IMG/VR virus record: IMGVR_UViG_3300045988_093487
Source: a virus
DNA length: 64,000 bases
Direction: 5' to 3' (one strand)
Part shown: piece after piece, positions 26,783-36,147 of the stretch
How positions within the stretch are numbered: the stretch's first letter is position 1
Layout of the letters: every line of letters starts with the position of its first letter
Position numbers and translations under genes: made by a program
The notes under the pieces: generated by a model
What the model was told of the DNA's origin: nothing
The model's input: only the letters and a program-made list of their open reading frames with translations
Databases searched by the model: none

Positions 26783-27799
26783 TTGTATAAAGAGTATGGC
26801 GAGATAAACCAAAATATCTACGCAAAACACACAAGTCTTGATGTTAGCTTTAGACAGTATTGTAATAAGTACGGTGGATTAAAGCAGATATGTAAAGACC
26901 TTGGAATAGAGTATAGCTATTATAATGAAGTTTCCAAAGAGCAAGCGCTTGAACGTGGGCGAATGTTGTTAGAGCAATATGGATTCTTGCGAAAGGAACT
27001 TTGTCAAAAGAACGGAATATCATCTAGTACAGTTGCGAAACTGTTTGGAAGTTATCAAAACTTTTATAAGGAAGTTGGATATAACACAGACTTTCGTAGA
27101 GATGTTCCAGTTGAAGATGTAAGAAAAGATATACTCGAATTTATAACCGAAACTGGTTCTAAGTCAATTACAGACTACAAGAAAGCGCATCGGTATTCAC
27201 AATCTATAATTGATAGATGTGGTGGGTGGCATACAATTCTTGTTGATATTGGAGTAGAACCAAAGAAATGGCGTAATGGTAAAGACAATATAATCAAACA
27301 GACACGTGAATTGATAAACAAATATGGTTATCTGTCAAGTAAACTAATAGAAGATAATTGCGATTTTACTTTGCAAGCGTTGGAGTATTACTTAGGAAAC
27401 GCTGATAGTATTTGCAAATATTTCGGTAATGAGCATTTATTTGACTACGGCAGAAGTAGTCAAGAACTCAGAATAGCAGAGTTACTCAAAGATATTCTAG
27501 GTGTCGGGAATTTTTCACGTGAAGTTACATGGGATTGGTTGTTGTCAGACAGCGGCAATCATCTGTATGTGGACTTTTATATTGATTCTTTAAAAGTTGC
27601 GATAGAATATGACGGTGAGCAACACTACAAATACGTTGAAAGGTTTCATAGAAATTATGATGGGTTTCTTGAATATCAGCGTAGAGATAATATAAAGAGT
27701 TCGTTGCTTGCAGAACATAACATCAAACTTATTAGAATATCATATACGCAAGAAATATCAGAAAAATATCTAAGAGATATATTAAGCAAACAAAATTAA
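26783..27799 (+). CDS. intron-encoded homing endonuclease (PD-(D/E)xK / Vsr-like C-terminal domain with N-terminal HTH repeats)
   Basis: C-terminal YVDFYIDSLKVAIEYDGEQHY nuclease-like motif; 3-4 N-terminal helix-turn-helix repeats; lies entirely within the dnaE intron. Confidence 0.55.
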   Translation: MYKEYGEINQNIYAKHTSLDVSFRQYCNKYGGLKQICKDLGIEYSYYNEVSKEQALERGRMLLEQYGFLRKELCQKNGISSSTVAKLFGSYQNFYKEVGYNTDFRRDVPVEDVRKDILEFITETGSKSITDYKKAHRYSQSIIDRCGGWHTILVDIGVEPKKWRNGKDNIIKQTRELINKYGYLSSKLIEDNCDFTLQALEYYLGNADSICKYFGNEHLFDYGRSSQELRIAELLKDILGVGNFSREVTWDWLLSDSGNHLYVDFYIDSLKVAIEYDGEQHYKYVERFHRNYDGFLEYQRRDNIKSSLLAEHNIKLIRISYTQEISEKYLRDILSKQN

Positions 27800-27809
27800 C
27801 AAAATTACG

Positions 27810-29344
27810 TGGATAATGTTGGTATCATCAATGAAACCTGTAAGTTGGCTGGTATCGAGAGATTATCGCCAAAAACGATTGACTTTGAGGATGATGCAGT
27901 TTGGAATAGTATCAAGGAAGATACATCTTTGATTTTTCAGATGAACTCCAACTATGGTCAACGCACAGTTGATAAGATGTTATCACCAGAGGTTTACAGT
28001 AAGATTAAGAAGCAGATTCCTAATATGACACGTTTGGATTTGCTGACATTCATCAATGCTCTTATTCGTCCTTGTGGTAAGGGAGTTTATGATGATGCGA
28101 CGAACGGTATCGTATCTAAAACAGGAATTAAAGAGATTGATAATTTGCTTGGCTCTTCTATGGGCTATGCAATTATGCAAGAGCCTCAGATGGCTTTTGT
28201 TCAGGAGTTCTGTGGTTACGATTTCTTGAGAGCTGATAAGCTCCGTAAGATTATCGGTAAGAAACTTGGTACACGCGACCAGCTTCCTATTATTAAGGAA
28301 GGCTGGGAAAAGAACGCAAAGGTCAAATATCATTTAACTGATGAGCAATCTGACAAGATTATCAATCCGTTCTTACAGTGTATCCTTGATGCTACACGGT
28401 ATTCGTTCTCACTGGTTCATAGTTTGAGCTATTCTTGTATTAGTTATGAATGTGCATATCTGCGTTATCATTATCCATTACAGTATTTGACCTCTTGCCT
28501 TAACGCATGGAACGGTGATGACAACAAGACAGCAGAAGCTATTGAGTACGCAAATAGTCGCAAGGTAAAAATTCTTGCGCCTAAGTTCAGACATGCAAAG
28601 GCAGAATACTTCTATGACCTTGCTACGAACAGTATTTATAAGGGTACGAGCAGTATCAAGGGATTGAATGCAGGATATTCTGATTTCTTGTATTCTTTGA
28701 AGGATAACACTTATAAGACATTCACTGACCTGTTGTATGATATTCAGGCATCGGGTATGCCTCGTGACCAAGTTGAAACTTTGATTAAACTTGATTACTT
28801 TGAAGAGTTCGGTACTTGTAGAGAGTTGGTAACAATCTTTAAGCAGTTCCAGTTCTTTAAGAAGGGCGAAGCGAAAACGATTGCTAAGAGTAAGATTCCA
28901 GACGAGATTACAATGAACATTATTAAGCGCAATGCTAACGAAACCGAGAAGCAATTCAATAAGTTAAATTGTCATAATATCTTGAACGAGATTGAACAGT
29001 ATATTATGACTATGAATCTTGGTGATGTTGACATCAAAACCAAGATTGCTAATCAGCTTGAATATATGGGTTACATTGGTATTAAGACTGACAAATCCGA
29101 AGATAGACCTAAGATTGTTATTCTTGAGATGAAGGTCATGAAACAGCGTGAATCTGTTGAGCCTTGGGGAGTTATCATTGATGCGCAGTCCATTGGTTCT
29201 GGTAAGCGTAGTTCTTATACAGTTCCTTACAAACTGTATAAGAAATGCAAGTTCAATAAGAATGATGTAATTAAGATTCGTGATTGGTATAAGAACAAGC
29301 GTGGTTACTTCTATATTACTGATTATGAATTTGTGGTTATGTAA
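27810..29344 (+). CDS. dnaE: DNA polymerase III alpha (DnaE-type), exon 2
   Basis: continues DnaE palm/fingers homology (NVGIINETCKLAG...); the first codon is completed by the last nucleotide of exon 1. Confidence 0.7.
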
Positions 29345-29355
29345 GGAGATGTTTT

Positions 29356-29592
29356 ATGTGGTTACTTTGTAGCGTATCAGATAATGAGCTTTTTGCTCCA
29401 ATTGTTTGTAGCTCTAAAGAGATTGCGTTAAGAAAGATGGATTGGAACGTCAATCTTATCCTTAATGATTTAGATAATGACAATGTTGATTATGATACGC
29501 ATGTTGGTTCTGATGGGTTAAGCTATCAGATTGTATGTGACGACAATGTTTGGACTTGGAAGATTTTCCATTTGAAAATGAAGGTGGCGTAA
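29356..29592 (+). CDS. hypothetical protein
   Basis: 78 aa ORF. Confidence 0.4.
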   Translation: MWLLCSVSDNELFAPIVCSSKEIALRKMDWNVNLILNDLDNDNVDYDTHVGSDGLSYQIVCDDNVWTWKIFHLKMKVA

Positions 29593-29593
29593 A

Positions 29594-29857
29594 ATGAAGG
29601 TAGAAATTTCTTACGATAAGATTGAGACGCTTGATGGGAAAAAGGTGAAACTTGACGTTGACAAGATTCTGTCACGTAAGTTGTCTGTTGCAGATAGATT
29701 TAGAAAGTTCTTGCTAAAGAATAGGGATGTTGTGTTTACTGCGGTTGACACAAAGAAGGGTACTAAGTTTACTGGTATTGCTTACGAACTAGCAGAAGAC
29801 AGCTCTCCTGTTAAGTGGTTATTTTACGCTGATGATTTAATTGCTGTTGAGGGGTGA
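29594..29857 (+). CDS. hypothetical protein
   Basis: 87 aa ORF. Confidence 0.4.
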   Translation: MKVEISYDKIETLDGKKVKLDVDKILSRKLSVADRFRKFLLKNRDVVFTAVDTKKGTKFTGIAYELAEDSSPVKWLFYADDLIAVEG

Positions 29858-30360
29858 TTGTTATACATAAGGTTATTGTTATCAATGGTATGCCGAGAAG
29901 CGGCAAAGACACTTTTGTATCGTTCGCCAGCAAATATGCTACAACTACTAATTTTTCAAGCGTTGACTTCGTAAAAGATGTAGCGCGGTTCGCTGGATGG
30001 AATGGCGAGAAAGACCCAAGGTCGCGTTTGTTTCTCAGTAAGCTAAAGGAACTGCTTGCTGAATATGACGATATCCCATATAAGAAAATTACAGAAGAGA
30101 TTCACTGGTTTAAAAACCAGCCAGAACAGGAGCTTCTGTTTATACATATCAGAGAGCCGGGGGAGATTGCACGTATTGTAAGAGACTTCGGTGCAATGAC
30201 AGTTTTAGTTAAACGTTCCAACAATCAGCAAGTTGTATCTAATGATTCTGATAAATACACGGAATCTTATAATTACGATTTTGTTTTGAATAATGATAGT
30301 GACCTTGATGCTTTAGATGCAAAAGCAAGAGGTTTTGTAAACTATTTAAAAAGAGGCTAA
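29854..30360 (+). CDS. deoxynucleoside monophosphate kinase (T4 gp1-like)
   Basis: VINGMPRSGKDT P-loop resembles T4 dNMP kinase (LSGVKRSGKDT). Confidence 0.5.
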   Translation: MIVIHKVIVINGMPRSGKDTFVSFASKYATTTNFSSVDFVKDVARFAGWNGEKDPRSRLFLSKLKELLAEYDDIPYKKITEEIHWFKNQPEQELLFIHIREPGEIARIVRDFGAMTVLVKRSNNQQVVSNDSDKYTESYNYDFVLNNDSDLDALDAKARGFVNYLKRG

Positions 30361-30371
30361 GGAGTATAACG

Positions 30372-30884
30372 ATGGTTAAGTTTGAAAAGATTAGTTATGA
30401 GCAGTTTGAAAAAGATTATGTCGCAATTTTCGGTGATGAAATTGAAAAAGGCTGTATCAGGAATATCTATGACAGTTTGAGACTTCCGAGACGTAGCACT
30501 ACAGGTTCTTGCGGTTATGATTTCTTTAGTCCATTCGAGTTCATTCTTGAAGAGCCTAACGCAGAGCTTATTATTCCAACTGGTATTCGTGCGATTATGG
30601 ACGATGATAAGTTCTTGATGATTGCTCCTCGTAGTGGTCTTGGAACTAGGCACTATATGCGTCTTGCCAATACTATCGGTATCGTAGACAGCGACTATTC
30701 TAAGTCTGATAACGAAGGTCATATCTTTATTAAGTATCGTCTTGAAAATCACAACTCTGATAGTGTAAATGTAAAAACTGGAATGGCTATTGCACAGGGT
30801 ATCTTTATGAATTATCTAAAGACGAATGACGATGATGCGGATGGCGTTCGTAATGGTGGATTTGGTAGCACTGATAAAAAGTGA
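30372..30884 (+). CDS. dut: dUTPase (dUTP diphosphatase)
   Basis: motifs RRSTTGSCGYD, APRSGLG and GIVDSDY. Confidence 0.7.
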   Translation: MVKFEKISYEQFEKDYVAIFGDEIEKGCIRNIYDSLRLPRRSTTGSCGYDFFSPFEFILEEPNAELIIPTGIRAIMDDDKFLMIAPRSGLGTRHYMRLANTIGIVDSDYSKSDNEGHIFIKYRLENHNSDSVNVKTGMAIAQGIFMNYLKTNDDDADGVRNGGFGSTDKK

Positions 30885-30893
30885 GGTGTCTAA

Positions 30894-31352
30894 ATGCAGA
30901 ATGAGTTAAAGAACATTGAGAAACTTAAACCTTGGGAGTTTCTCAAGAAATACTGTTTCCCTTGGCTTGGTGCAGAAGTAGATTACCCGGATTTGTTCGG
31001 AAAATATGGGATGACATACTGTGGAATCGGAGATAAGTGGTGTTGGTATTCAGAAAAAGATGCTCGTGTTCTGAATGATACAAACTGGGATAAGAGTCGA
31101 ACTTATTGTAAAGTAACTGACGTTACCTTTGAAGAAGCATATAAGATGGTGGCACTTACTACTGCTTATTGGCAACCTATGCACAATAAGCAGTCTAAAG
31201 AATATCAGGAATACGAACGGCTTGACATGATTCGTAGACTGTTTATGCGTCATCCAGAACAGAGGGCTGAATATTTCAAAGAATGCCCAGACGAGAAAGA
31301 CGTATATTATAAGAGATTCCCGGAGGAAAAGGCACTATATGAAACTGAGTAA
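30894..31352 (+). CDS. hypothetical protein
   Basis: 152 aa ORF. Confidence 0.4.
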   Translation: MQNELKNIEKLKPWEFLKKYCFPWLGAEVDYPDLFGKYGMTYCGIGDKWCWYSEKDARVLNDTNWDKSRTYCKVTDVTFEEAYKMVALTTAYWQPMHNKQSKEYQEYERLDMIRRLFMRHPEQRAEYFKECPDEKDVYYKRFPEEKALYETE

Positions 31353-31890
31353 TTTCTTTTTACATTTAAAGAAAATTCTTGTTCATAAGTATTGGGTATT
31401 TTACTTCTGTTGTAAGGCTGGTATTCCTTGGCAGGGAATTACACATGACCTTAGTAAATTCTCGCCGGTCGAGTTTTGGGAAAGTGTAAAATATTATCAG
31501 GGCAATAGAAGTCCCATTGACGCTTGTAAGGAAGAGAATGGTTACTCTATGGCGTGGCAACACCATAAAGGACGCAACCCGCATCATTATGAGTATTGGC
31601 AAGATAACTTTGATAAAGGTGGGGAACCGTTAAAGATGCCATATAAATACGCACTTGAAATGGTGTGTGATTATCTTGGTGCAGGACGAGCATATATGGG
31701 CAAATCTTTTACATTAGATAAAGAATGGCAATGGTGGCTTGGCAAGTGCTCCAAGCCTATTGCGATGCACCCACAGACTAAGAAGTTTGTAAATAGTATG
31801 CTTTGGGAGATTAAAGAAGATAATTCTTATGACGCACTAAAGGATTACTCACGTGCAATCTATGATAACGCTAATATTGATTGGAGCTGA
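31339..31890 (+). CDS. hypothetical protein
   Basis: 183 aa ORF. Confidence 0.4.
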   Translation: MKLSNFFLHLKKILVHKYWVFYFCCKAGIPWQGITHDLSKFSPVEFWESVKYYQGNRSPIDACKEENGYSMAWQHHKGRNPHHYEYWQDNFDKGGEPLKMPYKYALEMVCDYLGAGRAYMGKSFTLDKEWQWWLGKCSKPIAMHPQTKKFVNSMLWEIKEDNSYDALKDYSRAIYDNANIDWS

Positions 31891-31948
31891 TTTTTTGATT
31901 GATGTCAAATCTTATGTTTAGAAGCGAAAGACGGATATACAAGATTAT

Positions 31949-32683
31949 TTGTCTAAAACAAAGCCGTCGAGGGATACACTCGTAATAATCCAGTTTGGAG
32001 ACAATCCGGCAAGCAATGCTTATGTAAATGGAAAGATACGTGATTGCGAAGAAGTTGGATTGCGCACGATAATATATAAACTTCCAGTAGATACGGAATA
32101 TGCAGAAGCGTTGAGAATTTTAATAATGTCGCAAGAAAATTCAAAGGTCGCTGGTGTTATAGTTCAGTTACCTGTTCCAGAACATCTAAAAGGAATTGCG
32201 ACACATATTAAACCAGAATTTGACGTTGATGGTTTTTTACCTAATACTAAGTTTGTCCCTGCAACTCCTAAAGGGGTAATTGAGTTATTGGATAACGAAC
32301 TCAATTATAATTTCGTTGGGAAAGTTTGCACAGTAATTGGCAAAAGCCACATAGTTGGTGAACCGTGTGCAAATTTAATTAAAGGACGTGGGGCAACAGT
32401 AATTTGGTGTGATAGCCATACAGTTGATTTAAAAAAATGGTGTTTACAATCAGATTTAATTGTGACAGCCACTGGTAGACCGGGGCTAATTACACCAGAT
32501 ATGATTAGGCCAGAAACCGTAGTGATTGATGTCGGGATTACTCGTGGTGGTGATGGTAAGTTGTGCGGTGATGTTGATAAGTCTTGTTACTCTGATGATG
32601 CGCTAATTACACCAGTGCCCGGTGGCGTAGGACTTCTTACACGAGTTGCATTACTTGAAAATTTAGTATATGAGGTGAAATGA
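31949..32683 (+). CDS. folD: bifunctional methylenetetrahydrofolate dehydrogenase/cyclohydrolase
   Basis: VQLPVP, DVDGF, TPKG, GKSHIVGEP, TATG, PVPGGVG motifs; the N-terminus appears short and the only in-frame start is TTG. Confidence 0.65.
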   Translation: MSKTKPSRDTLVIIQFGDNPASNAYVNGKIRDCEEVGLRTIIYKLPVDTEYAEALRILIMSQENSKVAGVIVQLPVPEHLKGIATHIKPEFDVDGFLPNTKFVPATPKGVIELLDNELNYNFVGKVCTVIGKSHIVGEPCANLIKGRGATVIWCDSHTVDLKKWCLQSDLIVTATGRPGLITPDMIRPETVVIDVGITRGGDGKLCGDVDKSCYSDDALITPVPGGVGLLTRVALLENLVYEVK

Positions 32684-33051
32684 TGACAGTAACACAGGAA
32701 CACATAAATAATCTGCTCGATACAGCGGAAGTAAAAGAAATTGTCGTATTTGATAAGTGTTTGATTTGCGCTTACAAGTTGGAGAACGACTTCGTGATTG
32801 TTGAATCAAGCGCATGTGTTGACCCAAAGAATTTTGACTTAGATGTTGGTCGAAAGATTTGTCGTGAACACGTTGAGAGCAAACTCTGGGAACTTGAAGG
32901 CTATGTGCTTCAGCAGAAGGCTGCTAAAGCCACCCAGAGACGTTCCCCGGAGGCTGTAAAGAAATCCATCGAGGAATTGTCCCCGGAGGCTAGAGCTGTC
33001 TATGAGACGCTATTAGGTCAGCTCAAGGAAAAGTACCCTGTGAATATCTAA
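32680..33051 (+). CDS. hypothetical protein
   Basis: 123 aa ORF. Confidence 0.4.
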   Translation: MMTVTQEHINNLLDTAEVKEIVVFDKCLICAYKLENDFVIVESSACVDPKNFDLDVGRKICREHVESKLWELEGYVLQQKAAKATQRRSPEAVKKSIEELSPEARAVYETLLGQLKEKYPVNI

Positions 33052-33067
33052 AAATTTTCTGAAACCC

Positions 33068-33096
33068 CTTGACAAATCAAGGGGTTTCTGTTATAC
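33068..33096 (+). promoter_or_regulatory. conserved phage promoter with -35 in a hairpin loop
   Basis: gaaaccccTTGACAaatcaaggggtttc is a 9-bp inverted repeat around the -35; 17 bp spacer; TATACT atAGG. Confidence 0.55.
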
Positions 33097-33118
33097 TATA
33101 GGTAGTAAATTTTAGGAG

Positions 33119-33304
33119 GCTATTGCCATGACTCATGTAACCGATGCTGAACGCTATCTGGCAGAATTGAAAAGTGCAATGGACTACTACGGCAATGTGC
33201 TCGATAAGCAGCCCGGCAGTAACCATGACGCATACGTTAAGTATGATGTTGCACGATGCCAGTATAACGCCGCAAAGAAAATGATGGAACTTATGAAGAG
33301 GTAA
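33119..33304 (+). CDS. hypothetical small protein
   Basis: 58 aa ORF with RBS taggaggctattgcc. Confidence 0.35.
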   Translation, partial: AIAMTHVTDAERYLAELKSAMDYYGNVLDKQPGSNHDAYVKYDVARCQYNAAKKMMELMKR

Positions 33305-33307
33305 AAT

Positions 33308-33580
33308 ATGATTGTAGAGAAAACCTTTATTGATGCTATCAACTACGCGAAAAAGAGTGGCGTTATGATTCGGCCAGAATACTGGAGCCTTTGGATTCGG
33401 TATGTTAAGTCTAAAGGTGGATTTTTCTGGTGTGATAAAAATGGTGGAATCACCCAAGACCGTGGCCTCGATAAGAGCGTAGTGGTCTGTGATAAAATTC
33501 TTGATGTTACCAGATGGGAGTTTATGTGTGATGAGCTTGTTGATGATACGGAGGACAGCAATGACAGAAACCGAGTATAA
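33308..33580 (+). CDS. hypothetical protein
   Basis: 90 aa ORF. Confidence 0.35.
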   Translation: MIVEKTFIDAINYAKKSGVMIRPEYWSLWIRYVKSKGGFFWCDKNGGITQDRGLDKSVVVCDKILDVTRWEFMCDELVDDTEDSNDRNRV

Positions 33581-33770
33581 TCAGCTCGTTTTAGATTTGG
33601 CAAACGAGTCGGAAGATACGCTGTATTTTATGTTCAGAAATTCTATTCGTCAGATTAAATTCACAAATCCTTATGAAAATGATTATCACTACGTTGTCGC
33701 GCGACATAACGCAATCTGTGAGGCATTTAAGAAAAAGACTGGACATAACATTTTGGAGGACTTTTGCTGA
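33489..33770 (+). CDS. hypothetical protein
   Basis: 93 aa ORF overlapping the previous gene. Confidence 0.3.
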   Translation: MIKFLMLPDGSLCVMSLLMIRRTAMTETEYNQLVLDLANESEDTLYFMFRNSIRQIKFTNPYENDYHYVVARHNAICEAFKKKTGHNILEDFC

Positions 33771-34432
33771 TGATTAACGTAGGAAATGATTGGCAACCGT
33801 TCTTTGATACAGAACAGCAAAAACCATTTTATAAGAATCTAAAGAGATTTCTTGCACAGGAATATGCAACAAAGACGATATATCCACCGATGCAAGACAT
33901 TTTTAAGGCGTTTGAATTAACGCCTATACATAATACAAAAGCGGTAATAATCGGTCAAGATTGTTACCACGGCGAAGGACAAGCTATGGGATTGTCATTT
34001 TCTGTAAGAAATGGTGTATACCCAACACCGCCATCTTTGAAGAATATCCAAAAGGAACTCAATTCAGAGACTGTTGAGCGTAGTGAATGGTCGCAAGATT
34101 TGACAAGGTGGGCAGAACAAGGTGTATTGCTGTTAAACACGATTCTTACAGTTAGACAGCACGAACCTCTTTCACACGCAAATCAGGGTTGGGAAATACT
34201 GACCGATGACGCAATTAAAGAGTTAGAGAAATATGACCAACCTATCATTTACTTATTATGGGGCAAGAATGCCGGGTCTAAAAAGAATCTAATTACAAAT
34301 CAAAATCATAAATTCCTAGAATCTGCGCATCCGTCACCGCTAAGTGCAAACCGTGGCTTCTTTGGTAACGGTCACTTCGCAAAAGCGAATAAGTTTTTGA
34401 TTGAGAATGGCTTAGAGCCAGTAAGGTGGTAA
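33764..34432 (+). CDS. ung: uracil-DNA glycosylase (family 1)
   Basis: motifs GQDCYH, LLLNTILTV, LLWGKNA and HPSPLSA. Confidence 0.75.
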   Translation: MLMINVGNDWQPFFDTEQQKPFYKNLKRFLAQEYATKTIYPPMQDIFKAFELTPIHNTKAVIIGQDCYHGEGQAMGLSFSVRNGVYPTPPSLKNIQKELNSETVERSEWSQDLTRWAEQGVLLLNTILTVRQHEPLSHANQGWEILTDDAIKELEKYDQPIIYLLWGKNAGSKKNLITNQNHKFLESAHPSPLSANRGFFGNGHFAKANKFLIENGLEPVRW

Positions 34433-34436
34433 TTCT

Positions 34437-34952
34437 ATGAAGTATATGGGAAGCAAGGCAAGAATTGCAAAAGACATTTGCCCGATTATTCAGTCGTTTA
34501 TTGACAAGAGTGGCGCATACGTGTATATCGAAGGATTCGTTGGCGGCGCAAACATAATTGATAAAATCAACTGCGATATACGTCATGGAATTGATAAGAA
34601 TAAATATCTTATTGCACTTTTGAAATACGTCGCCAATGGTGGCGAATTACTTGGTAGAGTATCTAAAGATACGTATACCGAAGTAAAACAGAATAAAGAT
34701 AATTACCCGAACTGGCTTGTTGGTAATGTTGGATTTCTTGCATCTTACAACGGTAAGTTCTTTGATGGCGGTTATGCAAACACCGTAATTGAGCATACTA
34801 AATACGGTGATAAAGTCCGTGACTATTATCAAGAAGGAAAGAGAAATCTTGAACAGCAAGCACCGAATCTAAAGGATATTATCTTTACGTCAGGTGATTT
34901 TCTCGAATTATGGAAGAGCTTCGTCGGTCAAAAGGAAGTAGTTTTTTATTAA
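34437..34952 (+). CDS. Dam-like DNA adenine methyltransferase, N-terminal 171 codons only (OFF; C-terminal catalytic part lies inverted downstream)
   Basis: MKYMGSKARIAKDI, FVGGANI (motif I), SYNGKFFDGG; stops at KEVVFY just before the expected DPPY motif. Confidence 0.7.
   Translation: MKYMGSKARIAKDICPIIQSFIDKSGAYVYIEGFVGGANIIDKINCDIRHGIDKNKYLIALLKYVANGGELLGRVSKDTYTEVKQNKDNYPNWLVGNVGFLASYNGKFFDGGYANTVIEHTKYGDKVRDYYQEGKRNLEQQAPNLKDIIFTSGDFLELWKSFVGQKEVVFY
34937..34950. repeat. left inverted repeat of the methyltransferase-2 invertible segment
   Basis: agtagttttttatt; perfect reverse complement at 35191-35204. Confidence 0.7.
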
Positions 34953-35190
34953 ATATATCCCAAAGCCTTACCAATTACAAATAGCTTCTCGGTAGGATAT
35001 TCACGACCAGTTGCGCTGATTGTTCTTGCAACTTTCTTTTCCCAAATACAAGTAAAATCATCCGGCATCCATTGTTCACTAACGATGACGATGTTGTTCT
35101 TACTAAGTTCCCTGCAAATATCATAGAATTTATCGTAATCAAATCCCTTTGATACATCATACTTTGTAGTATTTAAGTAAGGAATATCAA
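34951..35190 (-). other. invertible segment carrying the methyltransferase-2 C-terminal catalytic region (minus strand in this assembly)
   Basis: minus-strand translation FDIPYLNTTKYDVSKGFDYDKFYDICRELSKNNIVIVSEQWMPDDFTCIWEKKVARTISATGREYPTEKLFVIGKALGYI aligns with the methyltransferase-1 C-terminus (LDPPYKGTTGYSTGDFDHEAFWEYVRELSKRCTVLVSEETAPDDFACVWSKQIARQVDVRQGRVYKTEKLFS); inversion fuses in frame ...KEVVFYFDIPY... Confidence 0.7.
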
Positions 35191-35204
35191 AATAAAAAAC
35201 TACT
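35191..35204. repeat. right inverted repeat of the methyltransferase-2 invertible segment
   Basis: aataaaaaactact. Confidence 0.7.
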
Positions 35205-35224
35205 ATTATTAAAGGAGTAAAAAT

Positions 35225-35524
35225 ATGGACGATTTTGAAAAGAAGATGCTATCTAAGATTGATAGCGGCGAGTCACTTACAAGTAACGAGTTAAGTAAAC
35301 TTGTATATGGTTATGACATCGACACGCAGGAAGGTGACGATGGACGATGGGTTAGAAGTATGTACACAGTTGTTGAACTCGGTGGACGGCACTTCGGCAT
35401 CAGTTGGTTTAAGGGTCTGACAGAGTATCAGGATAGTGAATTTGATTATCAGCCAGAAGAGGTCGAGAGACACGAAAAGGTAATTACCGTTACAGAGTGG
35501 TTGCCTATTAAGAGAGGTAATTGA
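35225..35524 (+). CDS. hypothetical protein
   Basis: 99 aa ORF with RBS aaaggagtaaaaat. Confidence 0.45.
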   Translation: MDDFEKKMLSKIDSGESLTSNELSKLVYGYDIDTQEGDDGRWVRSMYTVVELGGRHFGISWFKGLTEYQDSEFDYQPEEVERHEKVITVTEWLPIKRGN

Positions 35525-35814
35525 TTATGCCCGAAAAAGTGAATTTAGGTTCTGTTGAACCCGGAACGTTATTCAAGTTTAAGGGCGAGTATTATCTTCG
35601 GATTGTAACGCATCCGTACACTTGTAACTGTATTAAAATGGGTAAGTTTGATGTTTGTGAACTCGCACCCGGACTTTTAGTTGAAAGCAACAAGAATTGG
35701 CAGCTTAGACCAGAGTTATTTGCTATGCTCTGCTATCCGGGCGATACGCAAGAAATGGTAGATGTTTGGCAGAAACACCTAAAAGAAGTCGAAAATAAAA
35801 GTTCGGAGGGTTAA
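35521..35814 (+). CDS. hypothetical protein
   Basis: 97 aa ORF. Confidence 0.4.
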   Translation: MIMPEKVNLGSVEPGTLFKFKGEYYLRIVTHPYTCNCIKMGKFDVCELAPGLLVESNKNWQLRPELFAMLCYPGDTQEMVDVWQKHLKEVENKSSEG

Positions 35815-35815
35815 T

Positions 35816-36145
35816 ATGGTGAGAGTATTTATTAGCCAGCCGATGCGAGGTAAGACAAGCGAACAGATTCGCACCGAACATAATGAGTGGGCAGATAGAT
35901 TAGGTAAGTTATCTAATGAGGAGATTGAAGTAATGGATACAATCTTCGATGATTTAGATAATGAAGACCCAGCGACACCATTAAAGTGTCTTGGAATGTC
36001 GCTCTATATGATGGCAGATGCAGATATGGTAGTATTCTTGCCCGGATGGTCTAGTGCGCGTGGTTGTAAAATTGAGCACGAGTGTGCTGTAGCTTATAAA
36101 AAGAAGATTATTGATTACGATAACTGGGATGATTTGGAGGTATAA
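35816..36145 (+). CDS. nucleoside 2-deoxyribosyltransferase / DNPH1-like protein
   Basis: ADMVVFLPGWSSARGCKIEHECAVAYKKKII matches the ADxVV...G.S.G...E.G.A...KpI signature of this fold. Confidence 0.45.
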   Translation: MVRVFISQPMRGKTSEQIRTEHNEWADRLGKLSNEEIEVMDTIFDDLDNEDPATPLKCLGMSLYMMADADMVVFLPGWSSARGCKIEHECAVAYKKKIIDYDNWDDLEV

Positions 36146-36147
36146 AT

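Larger units (their letters stand above)
26457..27809 (+). mobile_element. group I intron with internal homing-endonuclease ORF
   Basis: P1 pairing of exon end CTTGGGT with internal guide gcccaag 12 nt downstream (U-G wobble at the splice site); intron ends in G at 27809; splicing joins DALG-L-DNVGIIN, matching the DnaE motif FLGLRTLTIIN; the two exons are in different frames. Confidence 0.6.

Noticed and set aside
31902-31986. Possible frameshift joining an upstream ATG frame (MSNLMFRSERRIYKII) to FolD
   Set aside because: The only resemblance is a KII tripeptide. The FolD-frame sequence aligns with FolD from residue ~25 onward without needing the upstream frame. A short N-terminus or a TTG start is simpler.
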